A stretch of DNA of 64,000 nt from an uncultured Planctomycetales bacterium (GCA_964520655.1 CAZFNI010000002.1:128770-192769), one strand, 5' to 3'; shown: positions 16,763-26,065, numbered from the stretch's first letter. Notes: a model not told the origin generated them from the letters alone. Numbers and translations: made by a program.

Positions 16763-17424
16763 ACATTTGTTTTGCAATTATTAAAATTCCTAAATGCTAA
16801 ATCATTTACCGAGATCCAAACACCATAAAACAAACACATTAAATTAAGAAGAAATATAACAGACAAATAAAAAGTTATTTTAATAGCAAGCAATAAATAA
16901 ATTTTAATAAACAAATAAATCCCCAACATCACAAACAAAGACAGAACTGCAAGAACAACAAAGACTGCAAACGGCACAAACATAAGCCATATCAATTTTT
17001 TTCGAAATTCAATTCTTGATTTTAGATAATCGTAATAGTCCTTCAAAGCATTCTTATATAAAGACAAATTCTTTCGATCCCTTTCCTTAAAAGATTCAAT
17101 GTTATCAAACACATCTTTCTCTAACCAGCTATTAGGCTCTCTATCCACTTTAAGTACTTGCATTAAATATGCTTTTTCTTTGGGATCAACTAAAGGATGT
17201 TCAATACGATATATAATCCAATTTCTAAATCGGTTATAGGAATCAGTTAAATCTGTTGAAATAGCCTGCATGCGAAATAAACCAAAAACACCTGACACAG
17301 TCGCAAACGTAGCTGAAAGCATAAGTAATCCAGAATAATACCCATTAAAAATGCTTATCAATTCCTTTGCTTCTAAAATTCTTAAATAATTATAAACACT
17401 GCAATAACATATAAATGAACACAT
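16756..17424 (-). CDS. Uncharacterised membrane protein (N-terminal TM, central soluble segment, two C-terminal TM helices)
   Basis: Hydrophobic stretches LLMLSATFATVSGVFGLF and LIWLMFVPFAVFVVLAVLSLFVMLGIYLFIKIYLLLAI; AT-rich codon usage unlike the flanking genes. Confidence 0.45.
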   Translation of the reverse strand: MCSFICYCSVYNYLRILEAKELISIFNGYYSGLLMLSATFATVSGVFGLFRMQAISTDLTDSYNRFRNWIIYRIEHPLVDPKEKAYLMQVLKVDREPNSWLEKDVFDNIESFKERDRKNLSLYKNALKDYYDYLKSRIEFRKKLIWLMFVPFAVFVVLAVLSLFVMLGIYLFIKIYLLLAIKITFYLSVIFLLNLMCLFYGVWISVNDLAFRNFNNCKTNVL

Positions 17425-17458
17425 ATAGTGAAAACCTTATTAAATTAAAGACAGCTCC

Positions 17459-17860
17459 CTATTTCTTAAATAACGATGAATACTTAGCCCAATACCCGCT
17501 CATGGAGAATACCTGCAATAAAACCATCGAAAGCGGGAGAACTAAATTGTTCACGCCGGGCGTCAAACAACCATGGAATAATAGAATATGCAAGGTAACC
17601 GGTGCAATAACAACCAGTGCCAGCGGCGCTGCTAGGCCGGTTAAGAGCATCAGTCCGCATATGACTTCCGTCATCTTTAATAAAGGGAAGAAATATCCCG
17701 TTGCCATGATCCCCTTCATAAAATCCATCGCCGCTTGCGGCATGGCCTGATCCTGCGGCATCGGCATAAGCCCAAAAGCAATGGCCAGCCCCATGCCTCC
17801 AAAAACAGCATAGATCAATCCTAAAATAATTCGTGCGGCTAATTGAACTTTAGTTATCAT
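17459..17860 (-). CDS. DoxX-family membrane protein
   Basis: 133 aa, four TM segments with DoxX-like pattern (RIILGLIYAVFGGMGLAIAFGL). Confidence 0.75.
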   Translation of the reverse strand: MITKVQLAARIILGLIYAVFGGMGLAIAFGLMPMPQDQAMPQAAMDFMKGIMATGYFFPLLKMTEVICGLMLLTGLAAPLALVVIAPVTLHILLFHGCLTPGVNNLVLPLSMVLLQVFSMSGYWAKYSSLFKK

Positions 17861-17910
17861 GTCGATCTCCTTCTCTTAATAATTAGGGACAGCCCCCTAT
17901 TTCATAAAAA

Positions 17911-18543
17911 TTAAGCAGCTTTCACACCTGGTCCAACCGGCGGATATTTCAAGAATTCTTTAGTTTTCTCTAAACGGTCAGATAGGCTTACTAAAGCTGG
18001 ATATTTAGTTTGTACAACAATATGTGAAAGCATTGAACTGGTAAATTGCCAGGCAACAGCTGTGGTGATGGATGCCTGGTTTAAATCCCCCTTAAAGATA
18101 TCGGGATGATTATTAAGCTCTTGCTCTAAATTCTCATAGGCGGCCAATAATTGTTCCGTGATCCTTACAACCAACGGCTCATACTGCTTTTCTTTAGGAC
18201 GCAAATTCCGTTCATAGACTAATTGAACGCTTTTTTCGCAGGCCGCTAAGGCAAGACCGGTAACTCTTAATTCACGCTGCAAATCGACACTATTTTTTGA
18301 CCATAAACTTTTTTGACCAATACAAAGATGTTCAGCCAATTCAAGGATCAAATTCGAATCCATCAGCACTTCTCCGTTATCGCACACAAACGATGGTGCT
18401 TTCACCACGGGATTGATCTTCTTAAACTGTTCATAAGTACTAAAAACAGAAATGGCCTTATGTTCAAAAGGGATCCCCAAACATTCCAAAGAAACAGCTA
18501 CCCGGCGAACATAAGGCGAATCTAACATCCCGATCAACTGCAT
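17911..18543 (-). CDS. Glutathione S-transferase
   Basis: Thioredoxin-like GST N-terminal domain (MQLIGMLDSPYVRRVAVSL...INPVVKAPS) plus helical C-terminal domain. Confidence 0.8.
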   Translation of the reverse strand: MQLIGMLDSPYVRRVAVSLECLGIPFEHKAISVFSTYEQFKKINPVVKAPSFVCDNGEVLMDSNLILELAEHLCIGQKSLWSKNSVDLQRELRVTGLALAACEKSVQLVYERNLRPKEKQYEPLVVRITEQLLAAYENLEQELNNHPDIFKGDLNQASITTAVAWQFTSSMLSHIVVQTKYPALVSLSDRLEKTKEFLKYPPVGPGVKAA

Positions 18544-18583
18544 ATTTTAATCTCCGTGAATATTTAAGGACAACAGCCTTTAA

Positions 18584-19075
18584 CTATTTCTTTTTCTTAA
18601 CCACTTTTTTCTTCACGGCGGCTTTCTTTGTCGCCGCAGCTTTTTTCTTTCCCTTAACCGCAACGGATTTAGTATCCTTAGCCTCAACCGGCGCTTGAAC
18701 CGGGGCTGCCGGGATCACGGCTTGATTAACTTTAGGAGCATTGCCTGACTTACGCAACGCAAAACATTCCGCGCAATACACCGGTCGGCCAGGCGTGGGT
18801 TTGAACGGAAGTTCACTGTCTTTTCCGCACTGAAAACAAACGATCGCATACTTAGGACGCGTATTCTGCGGCTGTGTCGGCCGCGAGGGCGCAGCAGGTA
18901 TTGTTTGGGCTGGACGCGCCGCCGCTGCTTTTTGCATGGCCAACGTCTGGGCTAGATCCGTTAACGATTTATTCATAAAATCGTCAAATTTATTGTTAAG
19001 GACAGCCAACTGCTCCTGGATCTGGACAAGAACTTTCTCAATATCGACATGTTGCGTTGATCTTTTCTTCATCAT
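18584..19075 (-). CDS. Hypothetical protein with CxxC...CxxC zinc-ribbon and poly-lysine C-terminal tail
   Basis: CFQCGKDSELPFKPTPGRPVYCAEC followed by KGKKKAAATKKAAVKKKVVKKKK. Confidence 0.5.
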   Translation of the reverse strand: MMKKRSTQHVDIEKVLVQIQEQLAVLNNKFDDFMNKSLTDLAQTLAMQKAAAARPAQTIPAAPSRPTQPQNTRPKYAIVCFQCGKDSELPFKPTPGRPVYCAECFALRKSGNAPKVNQAVIPAAPVQAPVEAKDTKSVAVKGKKKAAATKKAAVKKKVVKKKK

Positions 19076-19217
19076 AATCCTCCGCCGGGAAAACTACTTA
19101 TAAAACACACTGACAATTTCGTCTAATATACCCTCATTCGCCGGTATTATCAAATATTCTTTCTAAGCCCTCAGTCAGGTTTCCATCCATCATAGTGTTA
19201 TATGTATTATAGAGTTG

Positions 19218-19259
19218 ACTAAAAGAAATAGGGCCCCTATCGCTGGATAGAGGCCCTAT
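19218..19259 (-). terminator. Candidate intrinsic terminator downstream of the PEP-CTERM gene
   Basis: On the minus strand, hairpin TAGGGCCTCTAT-CCAGCG-ATAGGGGCCCTA followed by TTTCTTTT, ~25 nt after the stop. Confidence 0.4.
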
Positions 19260-19279
19260 GAATGTTGTTCTTTGAATAA

Positions 19280-20029
19280 TTAAGCCAAATGCTTTCTTTT
19301 AAGCAACATTCCGAACAATCCGCCACCTAGCAACACTAGAGATGCAGGTTCTGGGACTGGAGAAGCTGTTGTTTCAAAAGGAGTCACCTTAACTGACCAA
19401 TTATCAATACCGCTTGATGTCCCACCATCAACAACCCCAGGAAGACTCATGCCGGTAGTAGCCAGATAACCAAATGTGATCGGATCGCCGGATGCCGAGA
19501 AATCAAGCGTATTGGGACCGCCTGCAGTATTAATAAAATCAGCAGCCGTTAATCCAGAAAAAGAAAATGGGTCCCACGTTGTTCCCGCAAGGCCATCACC
19601 TGGTCCTTGAGCCAATCCAACAAACGAAAGACCAGGTCCTGAATGATAGACAGAGCCGGACTGCTCCAAAGCCAATCGGTAACCAACAACACTGGTTCCA
19701 CTCGTTCCGCCTAAGAATTTCAGATCAAACGAAAAGTCTATGGCAGAAATACCACCTGAAACACCCGGATCATAAACAGCCGTTGTGTTCTTATCCACCA
19801 CGATAATGCTTTGGAACGAATTCAGGCCTGAAACATTCATTTGACGAAATTCATTCGGGTTACCGCCAGCGGGTGTTTGAAAAGAAGAAAAACTGCCGCT
19901 GAGGAACTTCTGCCCGATCCAATGAGAATCGCTAAAAACCCCATCAGAAAACACCACTGATGCCCAAGAATTGCTGGTCAAGGCAATAAATACAAAAACC
20001 GTTAAAACAAACAATTTCATTTGCTGCAT
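19280..20029 (-). CDS. PEP-CTERM sorting-domain secreted protein
   Basis: Signal peptide; C-terminal VPEPASLVLLGGGLFGMLLKRKHLA (PEP motif, TM helix, basic tail). Confidence 0.8.
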   Translation of the reverse strand: MQQMKLFVLTVFVFIALTSNSWASVVFSDGVFSDSHWIGQKFLSGSFSSFQTPAGGNPNEFRQMNVSGLNSFQSIIVVDKNTTAVYDPGVSGGISAIDFSFDLKFLGGTSGTSVVGYRLALEQSGSVYHSGPGLSFVGLAQGPGDGLAGTTWDPFSFSGLTAADFINTAGGPNTLDFSASGDPITFGYLATTGMSLPGVVDGGTSSGIDNWSVKVTPFETTASPVPEPASLVLLGGGLFGMLLKRKHLA

Positions 20030-20194
20030 ACATCCTCCTTAACAATTGAAACAAAATTAACAGAATTTTGGCTTAAATTACCCTACAAAATAAATATTGT
20101 CAATAAATAATCACCGAGGAAGCCTTTCCCACTAGAAACTATGCCTTAGCACAACTCTTAACAAATCCGCCACAATTTTCTGCAGTGATCCTTC

Positions 20195-20938
20195 TTATTC
20201 CTCCCGTCCAGACACCTTCCTTAAGATCTCCACGAGATTCGCTGGAACATTATACCCTAATGACCGCGCCTTTTTTACATCATCCCAGGCGTGATCATAA
20301 TCCTTCACCTGGATGTAATATTGAGCCCTATACACATAACCGACCGCGTATTGATCGTCCATACGGATCACCGCATTAAGATCCGCCAAAGCTTTCTCAT
20401 AATCGGTCTTGACGATATACATAAAACCGCGGTTGATATAGGCGTCTTTTCTATCATTCTTAAGCTCAATGGCCTTGGTATAATCCGCGATCGCCTTATC
20501 ATATTCTTTTTGCGTTGAATAAATAGAAGCGCGGTCGTAATACGCATCGTCATTTTCCGGATCCAAACTGATCGATCGATCAAGATCCGCCAGGGCCGGA
20601 ACTAGATCATTTCTGGTCAAATACAACGCACCCCTGCCCAAATAGCCCAAGGCATAATTAGGATTAAGGCTTAAACTTTGATTATAAGCTGCCTCTGCTC
20701 TGGCTTGATCGCCTTTAAGAAAATAGGCTTTCCCCAACGCATAAAACGCTGTTTCTGATCGGGGATTTAATGCCGCGGCTTTGTTATAATTCTCTATGGC
20801 TTGATCCAGTAAATTCATCTTCAAATACGACGTACCGGCTCGTATCAGCTCTTGTTCAGTGAGGTCAGCGAAACATGGAGCGATCACTGTACTGGATAGA
20901 AAAAAAGCCAAAACAAACTGCTTCAATATTGAATTCAT
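20195..20938 (-). CDS. TPR-repeat protein with signal peptide
   Basis: Multiple 34-aa TPR units (AxxYxxLGxxYxxxGxxxxA patterns). Confidence 0.8.
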   Translation of the reverse strand: MNSILKQFVLAFFLSSTVIAPCFADLTEQELIRAGTSYLKMNLLDQAIENYNKAAALNPRSETAFYALGKAYFLKGDQARAEAAYNQSLSLNPNYALGYLGRGALYLTRNDLVPALADLDRSISLDPENDDAYYDRASIYSTQKEYDKAIADYTKAIELKNDRKDAYINRGFMYIVKTDYEKALADLNAVIRMDDQYAVGYVYRAQYYIQVKDYDHAWDDVKKARSLGYNVPANLVEILRKVSGREE

Positions 20939-20953
20939 TTCAATATCCCCTAA

Positions 20954-21589
20954 CTATTCCGGCAAAGAAGGTAATTCATTCACATCTTTTAACGCCTGCG
21001 GTCTTTGATATTTGGCGTAAGGCTTGAAATCATCCGCCGACAAAGTCCCGATCCACTGGGCAATGACCGATGGTTCTGAAGCGATATTGCCGCCTTGCCC
21101 TTTGGAAAGTTTGCCGTCTTTCACGGCTTGTTCTACTGTTTTATCCTTGATTTCATACACTGCCAACTCATCATTTTCTAGTTTCCAAGCTGTGACCAAA
21201 TACCCACTATCTTCATCTTTAGCATAATGGTCTTTAAGGCTGACTAAATGCCGACCCTCAATGGTTGTGGCTGGGCTCATGAAAGTGTCGTAACAAATGG
21301 CCAGATCCTGGCTGCATGCGTTAAATGCATCCTCCGGATCGACAAATTTGCTCTTTGCCCCAACAATGGTCAGATCATTGGTTTTAAGCGCCAAGAAAAT
21401 ATTAAGAAAATGATGTTTCTCCCCAACATCAGATGAACCTTTATCCTCTTTGAGCGCCCATTTACCCAGGATCCCTTTATACGATGGCTCATCATTAGTA
21501 AACGACAGTGGCTGGGTGGTTGTCAAACAGCCGCTTAAGAGCAATACCAGCGCCGGCACAATGAACATTCTCATAACAATACCTCTCAC
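20954..21589 (-). CDS. Hypothetical lipoprotein
   Basis: Lipobox LLLSGC after the signal peptide. Confidence 0.55.
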   Translation of the reverse strand: MRGIVMRMFIVPALVLLLSGCLTTTQPLSFTNDEPSYKGILGKWALKEDKGSSDVGEKHHFLNIFLALKTNDLTIVGAKSKFVDPEDAFNACSQDLAICYDTFMSPATTIEGRHLVSLKDHYAKDEDSGYLVTAWKLENDELAVYEIKDKTVEQAVKDGKLSKGQGGNIASEPSVIAQWIGTLSADDFKPYAKYQRPQALKDVNELPSLPE

Positions 21590-21607
21590 ATTAACATGGC
21601 TTATTGT

Positions 21608-21907
21608 TTATTCTGCCTCAGCTTCCGCCGCATCATGTTCGTCTTCATTTTTCATCTTTTCGGAAGCAGCTTTTGCTTTATCTTCCATTCTTTTATGAAC
21701 ATGCTTCTTATGCTTTTTAGCCTTTTCTTTCAATGCTTCTTTTTTGGCCTCGACATTCTCTCCTCTTTTAAAACGCGCATTGGCATTCGCATGCTCGATG
21801 GCCGCTTTACTTAGATGAGGTCCCTTTGTTACTCCTTCTTTCTTGGCAAAAGACAATGACGGCAACAACAGCATAACACCCATTACAAACACGATGATCT
21901 TTGTCAT
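21608..21907 (-). CDS. Small secreted lysine-rich protein
   Basis: Signal peptide then KE/KH-rich low-complexity sequence. Confidence 0.4.
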   Translation of the reverse strand: MTKIIVFVMGVMLLLPSLSFAKKEGVTKGPHLSKAAIEHANANARFKRGENVEAKKEALKEKAKKHKKHVHKRMEDKAKAASEKMKNEDEHDAAEAEAE

Positions 21908-21933
21908 AACAACTCCTTTTCGTTAAATATGTC

Positions 21934-22338
21934 CTATTTAAAATTTGTTAATATTAATGTTATCAGCTGAAGGTTTAAGAAATAGTAAACGCCGTTTAAA
22001 GCAAAAAGTTTCCACGGACGCCCTTCCCAGGTGACGGATCCCAACAACAGCGGCACATAAAAACCAAGCCATACAAAGAACGCCACGCCGTAATTGCAGG
22101 GGGATTTAACCGCGTGGATCAAATAGGCCAAGACAGTAACGGATAAAAATGTACCAAATATCGTTAACAGCAGCGCCGAAGCTTCAGGTTTTTTATCTTT
22201 GCAATCTTCGAACTTTTTCCCCACTAGCCCTGCCCATGTTTTTCCGAACAATGGACCGTACCAGATAAACCCGAATATAAAACTAGCCGCAACCGAGACA
22301 CCTAATGATAAAAAACTAAAATGCGTAAGCGGGCACAT
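21934..22338 (-). CDS. DUF1761-family membrane protein
   Basis: FIFGFIWYGPLFGKTW motif; start chosen at MCPL (complement at 22336-22338), just after the upstream gene stop. Confidence 0.65.
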   Translation of the reverse strand: MCPLTHFSFLSLGVSVAASFIFGFIWYGPLFGKTWAGLVGKKFEDCKDKKPEASALLLTIFGTFLSVTVLAYLIHAVKSPCNYGVAFFVWLGFYVPLLLGSVTWEGRPWKLFALNGVYYFLNLQLITLILTNFK

Positions 22339-22351
22339 AAGCTCTCCTTTG

Positions 22352-22813
22352 TTAATTGTTCTCTTCTTTGGATCTGTTGATCTTAAAATACTCTTCAGTG
22401 ACTGTCTGTGTTTTTTCAAAACGGTGATGGATACGATAACATAAAAAATAAAACAATGGTTTCACCGGATTGGTGAATTGATCAAAGAAAACATGCACGG
22501 TCAATCCCACCGCCGCACCCAAAAACAGCGGCCCCAGCTGATAGACCGTAATGATCAGCCACAACAACAATAGGTATTCATATCCATGAAAAAACAAGAA
22601 CAGCTTGGGATATTTGTTGTAACAGCAGAAATCCCAAAGATCCTTGTAACGGAACGGGAACTTTTTCTTAATGATCCAATATTCCAAATGATGATCCAGG
22701 TCGATCAACACCCCGCTTAAGAAACAGACCGCCGTCGCCGGCCAAGAGTGAACAACGCCCTGGAAACCTAGCGCAACCCCTGCTGACACCGCAACATGAT
22801 AACTGGCTTTCAC
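22352..22813 (-). CDS. Membrane-bound metal-dependent hydrolase (DUF457/YdjM-like)
   Basis: HVAVSAGVAL...IDLDHHLEY pattern. Confidence 0.55.
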   Translation of the reverse strand: MKASYHVAVSAGVALGFQGVVHSWPATAVCFLSGVLIDLDHHLEYWIIKKKFPFRYKDLWDFCCYNKYPKLFLFFHGYEYLLLLWLIITVYQLGPLFLGAAVGLTVHVFFDQFTNPVKPLFYFLCYRIHHRFEKTQTVTEEYFKINRSKEENN

Positions 22814-23076
22814 TTGATCAATATTTCCTTTTCCTTGCGGGACAATTTCTTGATCTTGATCTCTGCCTTTAACGCCCCGCTTAAAGTCCGAAACTTTTTC
22901 AAATAGACCAACTCTACTGGTCCTTTGCCGCGCAGATACTTAGCACCCTTGCCGTTATTGTGGTCAGCAAGCCTTTTTTCAATATCATTGGTATAACCCG
23001 TGTATAGCGTGCCCAAACGGCATTTGACCATATATACACAATACAGCGGCGTAAGGCTATTTTTTCCAACGGCCAT
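22810..23076 (-). CDS. GIY-YIG nuclease-superfamily small protein (UPF0213-like)
   Basis: YCVYMVKCRLGTLYTGYTNDIEKRLADHN; start taken at the internal MAVGK rather than the longer ORF. Confidence 0.65.
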   Translation of the reverse strand: MAVGKNSLTPLYCVYMVKCRLGTLYTGYTNDIEKRLADHNNGKGAKYLRGKGPVELVYLKKFRTLSGALKAEIKIKKLSRKEKEILIK

Positions 23077-23554
23077 TGATCTCATCCTCAACCCAGCGCA
23101 TCCCCACATCATCCGAGGCAACAATATTCTTTTTAGCGTCGACCACCATATAATACGGAAAAGCACTAATATGAAATTCTTTACGGAATCCCTCCTTGGG
23201 ATCTAAAAAGACCGGGGCACCGATTTGTTTGGCCATGTTCTGCAGCGCACTTAACTTATCATTACCGACTATCACCATTAATCCCGGCCTGTCTTTCTCT
23301 GCCCAGATCTTGCGGTAATTGTGGATAAAAGAAATGCGCTCCTTGCAGTGCGGACACCAGGGGGCCAGATAAATATACACACAATACTCCCTGCCGTCGC
23401 AAGGCTTCAAAGACGGTATCAACCCTTCTTCCTGTGACTCTGAATATGAAGTGAGGTGGTCTATCGCGCTATCAGGGAACTTGGCTGGATGACAGCCTTT
23501 CCAAAAGAACAAAATAACCAGCCCCACAACCATGTACGACAAGATCTCCCTCAT
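23057..23554 (-). CDS. Membrane-anchored thioredoxin-like (TlpA-like) thiol-disulfide oxidoreductase
   Basis: N-terminal TM helix and WCPHC active site. Confidence 0.7.
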   Translation of the reverse strand: MREILSYMVVGLVILFFWKGCHPAKFPDSAIDHLTSYSESQEEGLIPSLKPCDGREYCVYIYLAPWCPHCKERISFIHNYRKIWAEKDRPGLMVIVGNDKLSALQNMAKQIGAPVFLDPKEGFRKEFHISAFPYYMVVDAKKNIVASDDVGMRWVEDEINGRWKK

Positions 23555-24048
23555 GTCTTACCCTTCTTTGTCTGCGTTTTTTTTAATTTCGGCCAGTGCT
23601 CTTCACCCAATATATACCCAACGCAGCGGTCGGTATTGCAGCGGCAGAGGTGATCCTGAAAACTTTCAAAATCATACCCATAATTGTAAAAGATCTCATC
23701 GCCCTTTTTAATATTCTTCCGGGCAATGATCCAGATCTTGCCGCGGATGATCTCAGGCTCCGCGTTAGGATCGCAGGAATGGTTGATAAAACGTGCTTTG
23801 TTATAAGACACATTCCCGTCTATGTCGTAGCGTTTATTAAGTTCAAAAATATAGACCGCCCCCAGGGTTTCATTTTTCTTGTGTAAATTCACGTGATGAT
23901 GCCCCCGTCTCTCCGCCTCAGCCTTGGTGATACGCTCCCCGACATATTCGATGATGCGCTCTCCCTTGGGGATATCTTTTTTCGCAAAAACTCCCCGTCC
24001 ATGTATCCTGGAATTCCTAACCGTGATAAAATCTTCAATTTTTTTCAT
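23551..24048 (-). CDS. SET-domain protein (lysine methyltransferase-like)
   Basis: GRGVFAK..., RFINHSCDPN, FYNYG and post-SET CRCNTDRC motifs; start at MKKIEDF. Confidence 0.75.
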   Translation of the reverse strand: MKKIEDFITVRNSRIHGRGVFAKKDIPKGERIIEYVGERITKAEAERRGHHHVNLHKKNETLGAVYIFELNKRYDIDGNVSYNKARFINHSCDPNAEPEIIRGKIWIIARKNIKKGDEIFYNYGYDFESFQDHLCRCNTDRCVGYILGEEHWPKLKKTQTKKGKT

Positions 24049-25273
24049 TGTTCTTATCCATCCATCGTTTACCGTTAACCACGCGAGCCACCAGCATCCC
24101 GCACACATTATCACCGACAACATTCACCATGGTCGCCGGCGGATCAACCAAAGTTCCCAGCATGGTGATGATGGGCATGGCTTCCATGGGAAATCCGAAC
24201 ATGGTGATGATAAGGATCTCGCCAAGCATCCCACCTGACGGGATGCCGCTGATGACCGTCCCGCATAAGAGCGCAACACCGATAACAGAAGCAAAAGTGG
24301 CCGCTCCTTCAAATGGCATTTGATAGATCCCAAACAAGATCGCGATCTTCATGACCGCGGCCAGACAGGAACCGTCGCTGTGAACTGATGCCCCGATATT
24401 GACCACCATCTCGCGGACATCATTGGGAAGACCAATACGTTTAGCGGCCTCCAGATTGACCGGTAAGGTCGCCAGACCGCTGCCTGTTCCCCACGCGGTT
24501 AATGCCGGAGGTAAAATATTTGTCCAAAATATCCTGACCCCCTTTATGCCTCCGGCCAACCAGGTATACAACGTAAACGCCACCGCGCAATAGGCTAAAG
24601 CTAACGGATAATACAAAGAAACCGCCCTGAGATATGTGCCGAACAGCTGCGGGCCGAAAGTCCCGACCAGATAGGCAAAATAGGCCCCTAACCCGATCGG
24701 GGCATAGAGCATCACATAACCGATCACTTTCGTCATCACTTCATTACCGGAACTTAAAAAACTGGCAATGGCTTTGCCCCTAATACCGATCGTCGACGTT
24801 GCCAAACCGACCACAAAGGAAAAAATGATCAAGGCCAGCATATTGTTCTTAGAGAACAATTCCTTGAAATCAGGAACTGTTAACGTACGCACAAGCTGTT
24901 GCCCCAGGTCGACATGTTCAGGTTTTATCATCTGCGGCATGTTCACATGCACCCCTAATGCCGGAGGATAGTACAATACGCCAGCCAGCATGACCAACGA
25001 AGAAATGATGCCCGTGACAATAAAAACAATGACCATTACACCTGTGATGCTCCCCAGCCTGCGCATATCTTTCATATTCGCGACCGTCGATGCGATGGAG
25101 AAAAAGACCAGCGGCACAACCACAGTGAATAATAAATTCAAGAAAACATCGCCAAACGGCTTTAGCACGACAGCATTTTCTTTGGCCGCAAAACCCAATA
25201 CAGAACCGGTTATTATGGCCAGGATCAAGACCAGTGAATACCCGTATCCCTTCAGGAAGGAGCTCTTTTTCAT
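24035..25273 (-). CDS. Dicarboxylate/amino acid:cation symporter (DAACS/SDF family)
   Basis: Multi-pass transporter with SDF-family conserved segments; start at MKKSS, preceded by GGAGGA. Confidence 0.8.
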   Translation of the reverse strand: MKKSSFLKGYGYSLVLILAIITGSVLGFAAKENAVVLKPFGDVFLNLLFTVVVPLVFFSIASTVANMKDMRRLGSITGVMVIVFIVTGIISSLVMLAGVLYYPPALGVHVNMPQMIKPEHVDLGQQLVRTLTVPDFKELFSKNNMLALIIFSFVVGLATSTIGIRGKAIASFLSSGNEVMTKVIGYVMLYAPIGLGAYFAYLVGTFGPQLFGTYLRAVSLYYPLALAYCAVAFTLYTWLAGGIKGVRIFWTNILPPALTAWGTGSGLATLPVNLEAAKRIGLPNDVREMVVNIGASVHSDGSCLAAVMKIAILFGIYQMPFEGAATFASVIGVALLCGTVISGIPSGGMLGEILIITMFGFPMEAMPIITMLGTLVDPPATMVNVVGDNVCGMLVARVVNGKRWMDKNNEKN

Positions 25274-25560
25274 CAGTCTTTCCTCCTTTGAACACTGATA
25301 CCGCCGCAGATCATATACAAAATAAAGGCATTGAATGGAATGGATAACAGGATCAATTCTCCTATGCCCTGAGGTAATACCAAGATCCAGGGCAAACAAA
25401 ATGGGACGACCATGATCGCACTCTCCCCAGAGTCTCCGGTATTATGCTTGACTGAATAAAGGTGCATCACATAGGCCATGAAACCAAAAAATATAAATAA
25501 ACCAGCAGCCCAAAACCCCAGCACTGATTTTTTTAATCTTATATTACTGCTCATAAACAA
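25273..25560 (-). CDS. Small hypothetical membrane protein
   Basis: 95 aa, two or three hydrophobic helices; operon position only. Confidence 0.35.
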   Translation of the reverse strand: MFMSSNIRLKKSVLGFWAAGLFIFFGFMAYVMHLYSVKHNTGDSGESAIMVVPFCLPWILVLPQGIGELILLSIPFNAFILYMICGGISVQRRKD

Positions 25561-26065
25561 CCTTCAGCATGTAATGCCGCTCCCTGCCCGCCTCAAGCGT
25601 TGTATAATGTGCCAAAACGATCTCACCTTTTGAAGCAAAATCATATGCACCCTCATAATCCTTATTGTAGACTACTTCCTTAACTGATTCTCCCTGCATA
25701 TAGGCCCAATCGGAGATCCCTAAAGGTCTTTCAGAAATACGGGAGAATCCAACAGGAACAGCAATGGGGGGATTTGACGTGCCCGTCATGATCTGCGATG
25801 TCCCTAAACGGACAACAAATTCAACGGCATTATGGGCAATGAACTTGTCTTCGTCGACAATAATGCTTTCTTGGCCCAGGTCATCCGTCAAGACAAGCTT
25901 GATGGATCTAAAGACAGTGTTCGTTTTCAAACGCCAGTTGCTAACCCAAGGAGCTTCACGATCGAAATATAGAACGCCATGCGCGTCTTTCTCAAAATAT
26001 TCGCCAGCGTTCACAAAAGGACAAACCGCGGCCAGCCATATGCACAACGGCAAAATGAGCCTCAT
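25544..26065 (-). CDS. Secreted hypothetical protein
   Basis: Signal peptide MRLILPLCIWLAAVCPFVNA. Confidence 0.5.
   Translation of the reverse strand: MRLILPLCIWLAAVCPFVNAGEYFEKDAHGVLYFDREAPWVSNWRLKTNTVFRSIKLVLTDDLGQESIIVDEDKFIAHNAVEFVVRLGTSQIMTGTSNPPIAVPVGFSRISERPLGISDWAYMQGESVKEVVYNKDYEGAYDFASKGEIVLAHYTTLEAGRERHYMLKVVYEQ

Noticed and set aside
17415-17750. 111-aa plus-strand ORF
   Set aside because: Antisense to the well-supported DoxX gene (17459..17860).
24048-25298. Multiple plus- and minus-strand ORFs (24048..24323, 24124..24333, 24918..25295, 24990..25298) inside the symporter gene
   Set aside because: Shadow frames of the 412-aa DAACS transporter. Its longer 454-aa extension upstream of MKKSS was also rejected because GGAGGA precedes MKKSS and the extension overlaps the neighbouring gene.
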